Assembly (NCBI GenBank): GCA_951406725.2
Contig: OX597823.1
Span: 24,614,001-24,678,000, forward strand
Direction: 5' to 3'
DNA: 64,000 nucleotides
Source: Octopus vulgaris
Taxonomy: Eukaryota
The notes under the pieces are model-generated. The model was given only the letters and a program-made list of their open reading frames with translations, was not told the DNA's origin and ran no database searches. Position 1 is the first letter of the stretch; each line of letters starts with the position of its first letter. The position numbers and the translations under genes were made by a program. Shown one piece after another: positions 24,219-37,117 of the stretch.

Positions 24219-26656
24219 GTAATTATTTTTTGTATCTTATTCTACAAACTAGCAATGCACCCCAGCATTGCCTGGGTGTTATGACCTACAGCCACATTGT
24301 ATTATTTGTTCCTTTCTTATGGGCAGAATCAGCACTCGAGGAGCATCAAGTAAATAACTTTTCTTTATAAACATGTTTATAAAAATATTTTCCTTTATAA
24401 ACATGTTTTTCAGTCATTTTCTGATGAACAATATTTTTGGCACCAAAAATATGTACAATGGCAGCTTAGATCAGAAGGAAATCCTAACATTGACCTCAAA
24501 ATTACCTCAATATTGTGTGATACAGCCTCGTTTTGGTGTTAATTTTTCTAGTAAAATAGAGTTACTGTTCAAAAAACTTACTTCATGCTGGTAGCTGAAA
24601 AATTGCTCAGTCTTTTGATACCCCATATAGCAAATATTGGCAACTCAGTTTCATGACTACAAATTGGGTAATGTAGAAGCTGAAACAATTCTTCCTCATC
24701 CCATAATATTTGTTGATAACACACATATACATGTACATTAGCTTCCCCAATGAAAAGGCTATGTTCAAAAGTATTATGGTTTTCTGCAAGCATATTTGGT
24801 ATCAGTTTATATCAATGTTGAGGCCAACAGAATAAAAAGGGACTTTTTGGTTGTATGTATATGTACATATGTAAGGATATGGGTAAATAGGGTTAGTGGT
24901 GTGGGCAGTTTGGCATAAATGTATAGGGACGCTGTGCTTCTTGAAAATAAATGGGTTATGCTGCTATGCAGAAGTGGGGCAATAGTAAGAAAGCAATGTA
25001 TGGCTTCATGACAGATGAATGGTGAAAGCCTAAGAAATAAAGTAAAGTATATTAACAAGTTGCACAAGAAAAGGACTTTGTGTTGCTTTTGAGTGCAACC
25101 ATGCAAAAGTAAGCAATCAAGACTTAGGGATGTAAAGAAATTGATGCCAAATGAGGATGTAGAGGTATCCATATTGCAGAAGGTGAGGTACATGGAAAGG
25201 AAGCTGCTTCATTATAGCACCATCTCTGTAATGTTTGGGCAGACTGCATACTTCAGCAAATGTTCAGTGAAGCTGGCAAAGCTTCTAGGTAAACTATGTT
25301 TCATATATCTCCAGTTTTGGTAGAATAAACATACATGTGATCCTTCTTTTCAAAATATCTTGTTGCTGGTAAAATTGGAAGAATGACACATTAGACACTC
25401 TCTCTAAGAAAACAGATAATTGGATAATCGTATTAATTCCATTATGCAGAAGACAGAATTGAAAAAATTTTGTGAAAAATTCTGTGAAAATTCTTAAAGA
25501 AAGCCCTTGTTCCAAATCATTGCCTGATTCATGAGCTCATTTTCAGCAATCTGAAACCTATATAGCTGGTTCCAAAGTTCTAGTGCTCTTTTGCTGGCAG
25601 CTTTACATTTTGCTATTGCTCTTGTTTAGTAAGTCTTGTTCCTGACATTTGATTCCTTTTTCGTTTACATCAGTAGACCACTTGGGTGGTTGGCATACAT
25701 ATTGCATATTTTAAGCATGACTGGATGCCAACAGGTCTTCCATTTCATTGCCCTATGAAGGTCTCCTACTAGGCTTGAGAGCTCCAGTATCTTGGATACT
25801 CATGGGAATCCATGCCATTACCCGGGTAGGTATTAGTTTCCATCATTGAAACAAATGAAAGTGATTTTCTACAGGATTTGCTCCCTGAGTGAGTTTTGTT
25901 GAGATTTTACAACATCAACCCTAACTTGCCTGCCAGCCAAAGCTTAGAGATGCAAAGTTCACCCTGTGTAATCTCCCATGTATAAGTTTAGGGTGCTAAA
26001 AAAATTTAGTGAAATCACTGCCACTATTATTATCACTACTATTGTTGCTTGTTGTTGTTGCATTATACATATTCTTTAAAAAGATAATTATGCAGAAGAA
26101 ACAGCAATTAAAATTTGGAATAGAATATTTAAAAACCATCTCATGCATCATTTTATGAATGGACAATATATTATTAAAATAAAAAAATTCATCCAGAAGA
26201 TAATTTTTCACCTTAAGACACACTTTTAAGAATGAATATGTATTCTAGTGCACCAGGATACATAAACAAGAGCCCACCTGAATGTTTCAGTTGTAGGTAA
26301 TCCATTTGTATATCTCTCTTTTAATACTCTGCTTTTGTTTAAGACTAAATGGTCATAAAAACATTTGATATGTTGGTTGACAACCTGTTTAAGGGAATAT
26401 TAAAACTATACCATTAAAGAAGACAAAGTTTCCTATAAGTCTAAAGATATTCTACAACTCTCATAAATTCTGATTAGGGTATCATTTTGTGGATCATTTA
26501 TTTGTTTATAATAAATCGGCTATTTACAAAATTATGCACCACATTCTCCACAGTATTAAATATATGCTTGAAAATGTGTGTGTGTGTGTTTTTGTTTGTT
26601 TGTTTCAGTAGGTGAATGTGTATAAAATATATTTCTTGTTTTCTATTTTATTTCAG

Positions 26657-26893
26657 TTGATGGAGAGCCTGTTATGCTGAAAAAGGTTCACATACCAAAG
26701 AAGGCTACTTTAGGACGGCTTAGGGATAAAACCTTAAAGGAGTGTGATAAGGCTTGTCAACAATATGAAGGATGTAACACTTATCAGTACAATAATAAAT
26801 CTAAGTTGTGTGATCTGAGTAATGCGACTCAGTTGAGTGATGATGTACTTAAACCCAATGATGGAAATTGGGATATATACTTATTTAACCCAG
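26657..26893 (+). CDS. Exon PB2: PAN/Apple domain, type B
   Basis: Acceptor tttcAG|TT, donor CCAG|gtcagt; 237 nt, phase 1-1. Reads DGEPVMLKKVHIP..LKECDKACQQYEGCNTYQYNNKSKLCDLSNAT..NWDIYLFNP. Confidence 0.9.
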
Positions 26894-27009
26894 GTCAGTA
26901 GAGTGTTTCTATTTTTATTTATTTTATGTGTGCTATGTGTATATAAATATAAATATATATTACATGCATATATGTATACATATATACTTATATATATATG
27001 TATTAAGAC

Positions 27010-27276
27010 CTTTGGTACTATGTTGTGCCAAAGAAGACCCATCAAGCCAAGTAAAATCCCAGTCAAAGCAGACACTGGTGTCATGCAAATGACACCCATG
27101 CCCGTGGCACGTAAAAGCTCCCATTACACTCTCAGAGCAGTTAGCATTAAGGAGGGCATCCAGCCATAGAAACCTTGCCAAATCAGATTGCCAGCTTGCC
27201 AGCTCTGTTTAAACTGTCTAACCTATGACAGAAAGGACAACAGATCTTAAATAGTGATGGTGTTGATGATGATGAA
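27010..27276 (+). mobile_element. RTE 3' UTR/tail fragment
   Basis: gggcatccagccatagaaac.. ending in (GAT)n; same tail family as the end of 39432-40950. Confidence 0.65.
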
Positions 27277-28387
27277 ATATATATATATATATATATATAA
27301 TATAAATATTATAAATTTCTTTATGAAGTTAATTTTTCAACTCATTATTGTAAAAGCTAAAATGTGATTATCCGTCTGTTACTTTATATATTTTTTGTGA
27401 CATAATTCTAATAATTATTTTATCCTTAATAATTAATGTGAAAAGGAATAATCTGACTTATAGGAGAAAAAGATAGTTTTCTTAGTTAAAAAGAGTTCAC
27501 CCTGTCTTCAGTTTGAGAATATATTCATATCCTAGCCTGAATAACAACTTTTCCTTTAATTTAGCATTTAGGTGGAATTTTAATTTGCTCTGACCTGTGT
27601 TTGCTACAACTCTGAATCAAATAGAGAGAGATAATAAATTTCAATGCTTTCTTGTCAGATAAACATAAAAGTGGAGAACTTTTATGTTTATTTTGGTAAA
27701 GGCAACTCACTTCTCTCTCATTAGCCAAGTATTAGCCAAAACTGGCTCAAAATAAGTGATATTGTTCCTACTACTATTTTGGTCAAATTTCTTCCCTGAC
27801 AGACAATATGATTTAGTTCTGGAGAAGATTAATGGAGTCTGTTCTCTACTTTCCTCAATTGTTTGATTATGGAATTGATTAATAAATGAGATTATTGTAT
27901 TAAGGAAGTATGATTCTCCAACCTTATCAGAAACTTGTGTAAGGTAACTGGAATAAAATTATTGTATTTGGGAATTCTGATATTCCATCCTTATTAGAAA
28001 TTTGTGTAAGCTAGCTGGAATAAAATATGTGAATATCCTTTATCTTTGTAACTTTTCTGTAACATTTTGTAACTACATACCAATTTTACTTGAGATTTAC
28101 AAATTGGATTGGTGATGTTTTATTAAAGTATGGATCATCTGGATTTCTAAATCTATCACAGCCCAATTTTGTTAGCCTGGTTTCATTTCCTTTGCAGAGA
28201 GCTTACAAGATATTTCACTAGGCTCCTTAATCATTTCCTTTCACGTGATATGTCTGTATGTGTGTGCAGATGTCTTCAGTTTGTTTCAGTCATAATCTTT
28301 TATTCTAAATTTGTCATTATTTCCTCATTCTCAGCCTCCTCCTAACATACATTCACCATTGATATCAATTTCTATTATCACTTTCAG

Positions 28388-28558
28388 CTATTACAAAAGT
28401 TAACTGTGGACCGCCAGAAGATGTTATTGGTGCAAAGAAGTCCTACACTAACACCACCTATAAATCTGAAGTGACCTACACATGCCCAGGAGGACAAAAG
28501 TTGAAGTCAAAATGTAAAAGTGACAATAAATGGACTCCAGTTGCATCTAATTGTGAAG
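28388..28558 (+). CDS. Exon S4: Sushi/CCP domain
   Basis: Acceptor ctttcAG|CT, donor GAAG|gtaatt; 171 nt, phase 1-1. Reads ITKVNCGPPEDVIGAKKSYTNTTYKSEVTYTCPGGQKLKSKCKSDNKWTPVASNCE. Confidence 0.9.
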
Positions 28559-30658
28559 GTAATTTAAATAGGTTCTCTCTCTTTGTCATTGTCTAAGTAT
28601 TTTTGTTCAGTTTTTTTTTATATCATTGTGAGAGGAAGAGTGGCTGACTCCATGACAATTTCCATGGTATTTGTGGCTGGCTGGCTGGCTGGAAGGAGAG
28701 AAGAAGGTATCCTCAGATCAGAGGCCTGCCCAGATACATGCAAGTTTGAACTTCATTAAATATAACCAAGGGTTTTTTAATGGTATTAATTTGTGTGCTG
28801 AATTAAGTTTGCCAACCAAGAGTAGCCAGTGTGGATGTATGTTATCCCCTGCAGGCTTCTACATAGTTTCCATCCACCAAATTTCATTCACCATCCTTAT
28901 TCATGATGCAGATTTTTAACCATGCAGCTATAACTCCAGACAATGCCACATTCTTGTTAAGTAAACTTGTAACAGCCACAGCTCTATCTCAGCTAACTTA
29001 TGAAGTTTTTCTCTTAACTTTTTCTATTTTCAGCTCTCTCACCGATACTTTGTTTCATCCACTGAAATCCTGTGCAATACAATGCACTGAGTGTTTCTTT
29101 ACAAGTATTCAGCAATCATCCAAAACTTTTGATGCTCTAATGGTTTTTCATTACACGACCCTAAATTATATTGAGACAAATAGTAATAATGGTTTCTGGT
29201 TTCAAAGAAAAATCTAACACATTTCAAAAGAAAGTGTTTAGCCAATATCATGACCTCCACTATTTGATTCATATTTATGTTATTGATCACCTACAAGAAT
29301 GAAAGATAAAGTTAATATTGGCTGGATTTGTACTGAAAACATGAAGAACCTGAATACATGCCATAAAGCATCTCTTCCTATAACCTAATTAGTATACATG
29401 TATGCATTTAAAATAAAAACAAAAATGATGAAATCCTCTTGAATGTAGAAGGATTTTTAACTAGGATCAATTGAAGAACCCCATCACCAAAGAACTCCAA
29501 GGACAAGTATCCTCTCCAATGAATACTCTTTGACCTACAGGTTTGAGCACTGTGGGACCCATCCACTCTCACATCACTTTCAATAATTTTTCTCCTCTCC
29601 ATCCTCATCTTCTTTACAAATGAAACTTTAAAAATACAGATTAGGGATTGACCAAAGAGGCAAGCCCCAGTTGTCAGACCTTTCAACCTCATCCAGCACA
29701 CAACCTCTTTTGTTATAACTAGCAGATATTCTCAGGATTACGTTACATAATCTAACCTTCCCTTCTTAAGATTGTGGAATGTGACTGAGAGAGATTTTGT
29801 TAGTATATCTTACATGTTGAACATTCAATAGGGGACTTCCACCATGGTGTTCAACAGTAAATGTTGACCTTCTGACAGATCTTATACAGTTTATCATTTG
29901 GTATAATATGATGCCTAGTTCAGCACTACCACATGGCCCTCCAGTGGGTTGTGGCAAATGAATTCCAGAATATATGGTCAATGATAATGTATGTATTACA
30001 GATGCAAACATTCATATTGAGCCACAGATGCTCTGGTTGGGCAGTGATGATATGGATCTCACAAGTGTAGGATGTAGAATGCCATCAACACTTCATGAGA
30101 TTGCTATTTCTGTCATGATTTGCTACTCAAGAAATAAAAATACGACCTCATTTTAATCATTCATGTATTTGTTATTTAGGTGTATAACCAAACCCAATTA
30201 GAGAAAGCAATGAGATTGTGTGATATTCACGTCTTTCTGAAGGGCAGTAATTGTCAATGTAAAGTGAACTGACTCAGACTGAGAATCAAGCCTAGATCAT
30301 TGATTTACACCATTCAATCCATATTTATATTAAAAGAACAACTAGGAAAATATACTCGCATCATTTCTGCATGGAAAACAAATAGTAATATATTGTGTGA
30401 AAGTGCATTTACTAACATGCAAGTATCTTGTTACTCTTTCTGAAATTCTGTTAAAGAGCATCTCTTTGGTCCACAAAATGCATAGCGATTCTTCAGAAGC
30501 TAGATATTATGATTAATTAAAATTTCACCCTCAGTGGTAAAATCATTATTTTAATGACTTATTCTGGTCATTAAATTTAGAAGAGAGAACCTTGTAAAGA
30601 TAATCACATTTCTTTTTCCATCTCACTCAAAGTATAAAAACTGTCCACATATAAGATA

Positions 30659-30800
30659 TCATCATCATCATCATCGTTTAACGTCCGCTTTCCATGCTAG
30701 CATGGGTTGGACGGTTCAACTGGGGTCTGGGGAGCCCGAAGGCTGCACCAGGCCAGTCAGATCTGGCAGTGTTTCTACAGCTGGATGCCCTTCCTAACGC

Positions 30801-30803
<3 letters not shown>
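30659..30803 (-). mobile_element. Short RTE 3' tail
   Basis: (CAT)n cgtttaacgtccgctttccatgctagcatgggttggacgg..ctggatgcccttcctaacgcc; nearly identical to 37118-37258. Confidence 0.85.
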
Positions 30804-30840
<37 letters not shown>

Positions 30841-31033
30841 TTTTCTGTGATGAGTTTTTGGTAAGCAGTGTCAATTTTACAATTATATATTTGTTCACTA
30901 GATGATGGTGAAAATGAAACTTTGTTTTCCCTAGTCAAAATATTTCAACATCAGTAAAATGATAGGTCTTGCCATGATTAGCCGATTTACCTATATGCAT
31001 TTACATTCTGGGTTGACATCCCATCTGGAAGTA

Positions 31034-31865
31034 CAGGGTGCAGTGGGTAAATTGTTGTATTTTATATTTTTAATTCTGCACATGCACATTGTTTGTTTTT
31101 GATTTTGTTGACTACATTGTATAGTAGAGTCAGATGGGAATCGTCTGTGAGAAAAATATCACCATGACACAATTCACTCTGCCAGAAATTTCAAATGATG
31201 TGCTGTACTGCTTGACATTTGCACTGGAAGCTCCAATACAAACATTTCAGAGTGTTTGGGTGTCAATCTGAGGACATGTACTGAGGGTGATAAAAATCAA
31301 ACATCCAGTCAACATCATGGTGTTTGGTATGATCACTAGGGATGGTGACATTATGCCTCCATTCATCTTCCCACATAGCCTCAGACTCAACACAGAGGCC
31401 TACGTTAAGTGCCTGGGGGAGGTAGTGCTGCCCTGGATCAAGAGGGTGGCTGCTGGAAGATCCTATGTCTAGCAACAGGACTCTGCACCATGCCACACAA
31501 GCAGGAGAAGCCAGTCATGGCTGTCAGACAATTTTTGCAAGCACATCACCCCTAATATCTGGCCACCTAATTCCCCAGACTGCAACCCCCTTGATTATTA
31601 TGTGTGGAGTGAAGTTGAGTGACAGACCAGCCAAACTCCTTGTAACACCAAAGAAGGCAAAGATTATGGCAGCATTCACCAACTTAAACAAGGAGACTGT
31701 CTAGAGAGATGCAGGAGATTCTGAAGTCGTCTGGAGACCATGGTTGAATCCAATGGCAATTTTATTAAATAAATTTACTATTTTAGTAAATGTATATGTT
31801 AAAATGAGATGTCTGTTATTTTCATTTTTGCATATCTTAGACAACAGTTTATTCACCAAACCCTG
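31034..31865 (+). mobile_element. Internally deleted maT/DD37D Tc1-mariner element
   Basis: TA|cagggt..accctg|TA ends. Reads KHPVNIMVFG..QQDSAPCHTS..WPPNSPDCNPLDYYVW with 37 residues between the 2nd and 3rd Asp. Paralogous introns show the empty site. Confidence 0.9.
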
Positions 31866-32269
31866 TATTTCACCTTTCATAATTCTGAGGTTGACAAAAT
31901 AAGCCTTTGTCAAGTACAGAGATAGAGTTCTTCATATGTGTCCTCACTGTGGAATTTGTGGTTTTGTGTTTAAGTTTAGAAACTTTTATCATAAATATTG
32001 TTAACATCAACAGTAATTATAATTATTCTTGTTAACGATGGATGGAAAGAATGTGTAGAGCATCAGACAAACTATGCTGGGTATTTGCTCTGGCTCTATA
32101 ACTTCTGATTTCAATTCTGCTTTTCCAGGACCTGTAAAATAAAATACCAGTCAAGTGTCAGAGCCAATTTAATCAATTAACTTTTACCTTAACTTTTTGT
32201 CTTCTTTCTACGTTAGAAACTAGTATTGTTTTAGTGTTTACATTTGTCTCAATATTCCTTTAATTCCAG

Positions 32270-32509
32270 CTTCTAAGATCCATTTTGTGAAAGTAAAAGG
32301 TGCAATTCTTGATGTTCCTGGTAAAACGTTATGGAAAAAGAAAAAAGTAACATCAGATGTCTGTGCAAAAAAATGTTTGTCTGACAAAAATTGTTTATCA
32401 TTTGAAATAAAGAAAGAAAGTGGAAAATGTTATTTATCAAAAGTAACTGCAGCATCCAACAAGAAAATAAAAGCAGCCAAAAGCAGAGATTACTACCAGC
32501 GAATAGAAC
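32270..32509 (+). CDS. Exon PA3: PAN/Apple domain, type A
   Basis: Acceptor aattccAG|CT, donor GAAC|gtaact; 240 nt, phase 1-1. Reads SKIHFVKVKGAILDVPGKTLWKKKKVTSDVCAKKCLSDKNCLSFEIKKESGKCYLSK..RDYYQRIE. Confidence 0.9.
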
Positions 32510-34288
32510 GTAACTATTCTTCGTGTTTTTCTTTTCCACTTTTTCTAAAACTTGTGATTTCATTTTTACTTCATAATATAGTTTGTTCTAATAGAACATC
32601 CACAAATAGGGATAAATATTACCTCATTATATTTATATTGCTTCTGTCTCTAATATATATTTTTCAACAAGCTAGCCAGCATCTCGTGACACACCAACAC
32701 CTGTTCTGGCACTGCTTTACTGTAATTGCTGCTGAGGAGATGAATCACTGCTGCCTTTAGCAGTCAAGTACCCAACATTAATAAGACCAAAGAACATCAA
32801 AGCAAAATGATCTAGTAGCCTCACCAGTGGAGGCAGCAAGGATTTATCTCCCTTCTAGTGATATAAAGAAGAGTGCACTTTGCACCAAAAAACCGATATG
32901 ACTATCTGTCATGGTAACCACAACAGTAAACATCACTTTAGACTTTAAGACAGGTATTACACAAAGTGTACCCAACAGAAAACTTAATAAGAAGAACAGA
33001 ATACTTCATGGGGATTTCAACTCCTACTTTCAAACTATGATATCAAACTTAGTTGTTAGTATTACTAAAAAGAATCTCCAATTCATCCACAAAAAGATAT
33101 ATTTTTGAAAGCATCTTTTACAGTACAGCAAGGTGTTATTTTGGATTGGCTTTAGAGAGAATATAGTATAAACAGAGCAACTTCCACCTCCACACCAGAA
33201 TAGAGTTAGAGAGGGAGCACCTTTAATTCAATCTTCAGTTCAACCTAAAGGTCTCAATGAACATGGCCAGGAACTTCTTATCCTGTATTAGACACCATTT
33301 CTCAGGCACACTTAAGTATTACAAGCTTATGAATGTGCATAGTGTTAAAGTTTGTTACTCTTCCAGCATTGTATGTTACAACAGGAAATGCATACACATA
33401 TCCAGCTTTTATTCATGATGCCTAGTTATAACTGTCAAAATTCATTCACTTCTCTGCTGAAAGAATTCTACCTTTCTATGTCAGTGGTATACAGAACAAC
33501 CTTCACTCCAACTGATGGCTTCACAGTGAGACTTACTATCAGTAACTTCAAGAAAAGTTTCACTTAACTTATTTATTCTTTTAAGTTCATGTACAGGGAA
33601 AAGTTCACCTCTATGTATAGTTTTATTTGGAGTGTCCAAGAACAGGAAAATGATCTACCTAGCATAAGCACAAGCTTACTCACCTAATTATAAACAATGT
33701 TCTATGTTCAAACATTATGTAATTATATAGAAATACCATGTAATCAGAATTTGAAAGAAAATATTAGAAAGCCATCTCATTCAGTATTTTTTATATAGAC
33801 AATTTGTTATCAAAAGCACAGTCGGTCCATGAGAATATATTTTTGCATAATCACCCATCTCAAAATTCATGTGCATTCTATTTTATCATAAGATGTACTT
33901 GGAAGCTCACCTAATTGTTTAAGTTGTACATAAATTATATGTACATTCCTCTTCTGCTAGTGTGCTTTTCTATAAGATTAAAGGATTTTTAACAACACTT
34001 GCCACACTGGCTAACCACCTGGTGATCAGCACTTAAACAATACTAAATTAATCAATTAGAAAAAGATATACAAATGATACACAACTTAAACTTTGAAAGA
34101 AGTTTTCAAATGAGCCTGAAGATATACTAAAACTCACATGAATTCCAAGTTGTAATTATGTGGATCAATTATTTGTTTATAATAAATTGTCCTTTTAAAT
34201 TAAATTATGCACCAGATGCTATATAATGTTTAATGAGTGTGTAGGGGATTATGAAATGTAATTCTTGTTTTCTTTTTTTTTTGTCTAG

Positions 34289-34522
34289 CCAATAAAGATA
34301 TTTTAAAATTTAAAAGCACTTCCATACCAGGAGAAGATATATTTGAACAGCTAAAAGATGTGACTATAAAGGAGTGTGACCATGCTTGTCATCAAACTCC
34401 AGGATGTAACTCTTACGAGTATAAGGAACAAGCTATGTTCTGTGATCAAAGTAATGCAACTCACTTGACTCATGACCTTGAACCCGACAAAGACGGTTGG
34501 GATACTTATGTCATTAACCCAG
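34289..34522 (+). CDS. Exon PB3: PAN/Apple domain, type B (not in the ORF track)
   Basis: Acceptor ttgtctAG|CC, donor CCAG|gttagt; 234 nt, phase 1-1. Reads NKDILKFKSTSIPGEDIFEQLKDVTIKECDHACHQTPGCNSYEYKEQAMFCDQSNATHLTHDLEPDKDGWDTYVINP. Confidence 0.9.
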
Positions 34523-34679
34523 GTTAGTAGAATGCTTCCATTTTATTTGATTTTATTATGCACATGCTTGCATGTATGTATGTGTTTGTGTGTATTTACA
34601 TAATCATACATGTGTTTGTGCAATACATGTGCTTGCATGAGTGTAAACATACATACATATGTGACCTCATTGACTATAC

Positions 34680-36150
34680 ATCCGGGATACCTTAGAGAAG
34701 AAGTTCCTGTCTGTCCCCTTTGGTCTCTACAGAGATGATGCTCTAGCCATTTCTAGAAGAGCCAATGAGCACCCACTTTATAGACCTAGAAAGGACCTGT
34801 TTAGTGCCCTAGGCTCTATGGGACTCAAAATAAATATTGAGACCAACCTCTCCGCTGTGAACTTCATAGATGTCACTCTAGACTTAGGCTCCAGTACACA
34901 CAGACCCTACCGCAAACCAAACAAGAGGCTGTCCTACATCAACACAGCTTCCTGCCACCCCCTATCGTGTTCAAGAATCTTGTGAAAGGTGTCAGCAAGA
35001 GGATTTTGAACTTCTCCTCAAGTCAAGAAATTTCCAATTCCACAGCCCCCCATTACAATGAGACACTGGTGTCCAGTTGGTTTAAGGAATGCATCTCCTA
35101 TAAGCTGGGCCCTAGCACCCACAAAAGGAAGTGCTGCAGGAATGTTGTTTGGTTTGCCCCACTCTTCTCACTCAGTGTCAAGACATGTGGGAAGAATATT
35201 CTTCAGGTCAGTAGACAAACACTTCATGCAGACACACAGATACAGGCATTTGTTCAAAAGGCACAACCTAAGGGTTTCTTTTGGTTGTAAACCCAATATG
35301 CAAAGTATATTAGCAAACACCCATAAAACATGGGAGGAGGCTCAAGCAGGGTGTAGACTTTCCAATGTGTTTGTGTGTGTGTGGGGAGAAATGTTAGGCT
35401 GAGTGAGTCATTTATGAGGCTGTGGTGGTACCCAGACCTAGTGACCATATTAATAACAGCAATGGTCCATCCAACAACATTGACGGCAATGGCAACAGTG
35501 ATTGCAGCAGAGACACCAGTGCCATTGCCAATGGCCCCAACATTAGTTCTACTGCCAGAAATGACAACCACACCAACACCAGCAGCACCAGTGAAGCTAC
35601 CAGCCCCATGCCTAGTATCACCAATGACAGCAGCCACATAACCTTCAGCGACAGCAGCAGCAACACTATGGCCAAGGATGACTACTACAATAACAACAAC
35701 AGTCACAGTGATATCATCAGACCCACACTCCCTAATAACAGTACCAATAACAGCAGTAGTAGCAACAATATATCCAGTTCCAGAGCCAATGGAAGATGCA
35801 CTAGCAATGTGAACAAAACCAACACTGCAATCCAGAAATATATTGGGTCAGCTGGAACTGCCTTCAAGCTGTGCCTGTACAACCACAGGTGTTCTTTCAG
35901 TATTCTGGAAAGACAATTCATCATATCCCTGGCAAGCCATGTGTGGCATCTCAAAGATGAAGTGACCATATATGATATCAAGTGGAGAATCATAGAGTGG
36001 CCTTATTCTTTGTTTACTTACTAACCAACTGACTATAACAGATTTCTACCTCCAACGATTGAAGAACAATATGGCCTTCAGCTTTAGTGTCTGACGAGTT
36101 GTCCATAGGGCTAAGACCTTTATGGATGCAAATCGACTAGTCACTCTGTG
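34680..36150 (+). mobile_element. Penelope-like retroelement (RT C-terminal half + GIY-YIG), degenerate
   Basis: GLYRDDALA..VNFIDVTLDL..PYRKPN..YINTASCHP; RNVVWFAPLFS; VDKHF; and KYIGSAGTAFKLCLYNHRCSF..LASHVWHLKD..YDIKWRII. Confidence 0.88.
36086..36147 (+). ncRNA. Degenerate hammerhead ribozyme-like motif in the PLE 3' terminus
   Basis: CTGACGA, stem II tccataggg/cctttatgga, cAAA (G of GAAA missing), a short stem III, then TC; partial stem I agtgt/actct. Confidence 0.45.
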
Positions 36151-37117
36151 ACTGGACATATACTTAACTGCATATGAATATAGATATATTAATATAATCT
36201 GCGTAAAAAATAAACCTTGTGTTTATTTTTTTTCCCAGATTATAGATATCAGTTACCAAATTCTATCATACAGTGAGACTTTTGTCATTGGATAGAAATG
36301 TTGAAATCCTTAAAAATCTGTAGAGTTTATACAGATATAAATAAGAGGAATTGAACAAGTTTTTTTACATACCAGTACAATTGTTTCAACAAATCACAAC
36401 CAACCATTCATTGCTGAGTGTTAAATATATTACAAACAACACACTGTGTTAATTGTAACTATTCAGCAACACCAGCAAATGCTTTTCCTCAAATGAGTAT
36501 GATAAAAAAACATTATTAAATCAGATCTTCTTTTCACACATGATATATCCACACCAAAATACTATTTTTAGCAATCTATAAACATAAACATACAAACTGT
36601 TCTAAACTTAATCACTTGTTCATTCTCTACAAACACTTGACAGAAAACATTCAGACCATTGATTGTTTGGCAGTGCCACTAGACATGTTCAGCGAACCGT
36701 GTCAGCCTTAACTTACAACACCAAACATTGTCACTTGAAACTAACACAAGGACATAGTGGGGAACCTACAAAAATTTCTAAGACCAGTCATATGACTATC
36801 CTGTACCAGTCAAGTCCTATAAAAGACATATACTTGTTTGAGCCATAAACTCCCTATAAAAATAGGACAAGCTTCAAACACTAGTCAGAAACAAGACAGT
36901 TGTAGCATAAACCATGTCTTTCTATTTCAACTTTTTGAAAATCAGTGTAAACTGAAACCAGTTAAATCTTCAAATATAATAAAAAGATATTCTAACTATT
37001 CTCAGTGTATTTTCAACTTCTATTTTTTTTTTATATTTCCACCCATGTAGAATAAAATAACTTTGTTTTCTCTGTGCATGTGTGCACACATGTAATATAT
37101 ATATATATATATATATA

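Noticed and set aside
27396-28160. Possible solo LTR (TGTGA..TCACA ends, internal 31-bp direct repeat with AATAAA)
   Set aside because: There is no matching target-site duplication, no PBS/PPT and no second copy in the window, so it cannot be supported.
35254-35706. Overlapping Ala/Val/Thr/Pro-rich ORFs as a mucin or membrane protein
   Set aside because: They come from low-complexity triplet sequence inside a Penelope-like element that is open in several frames on both strands.
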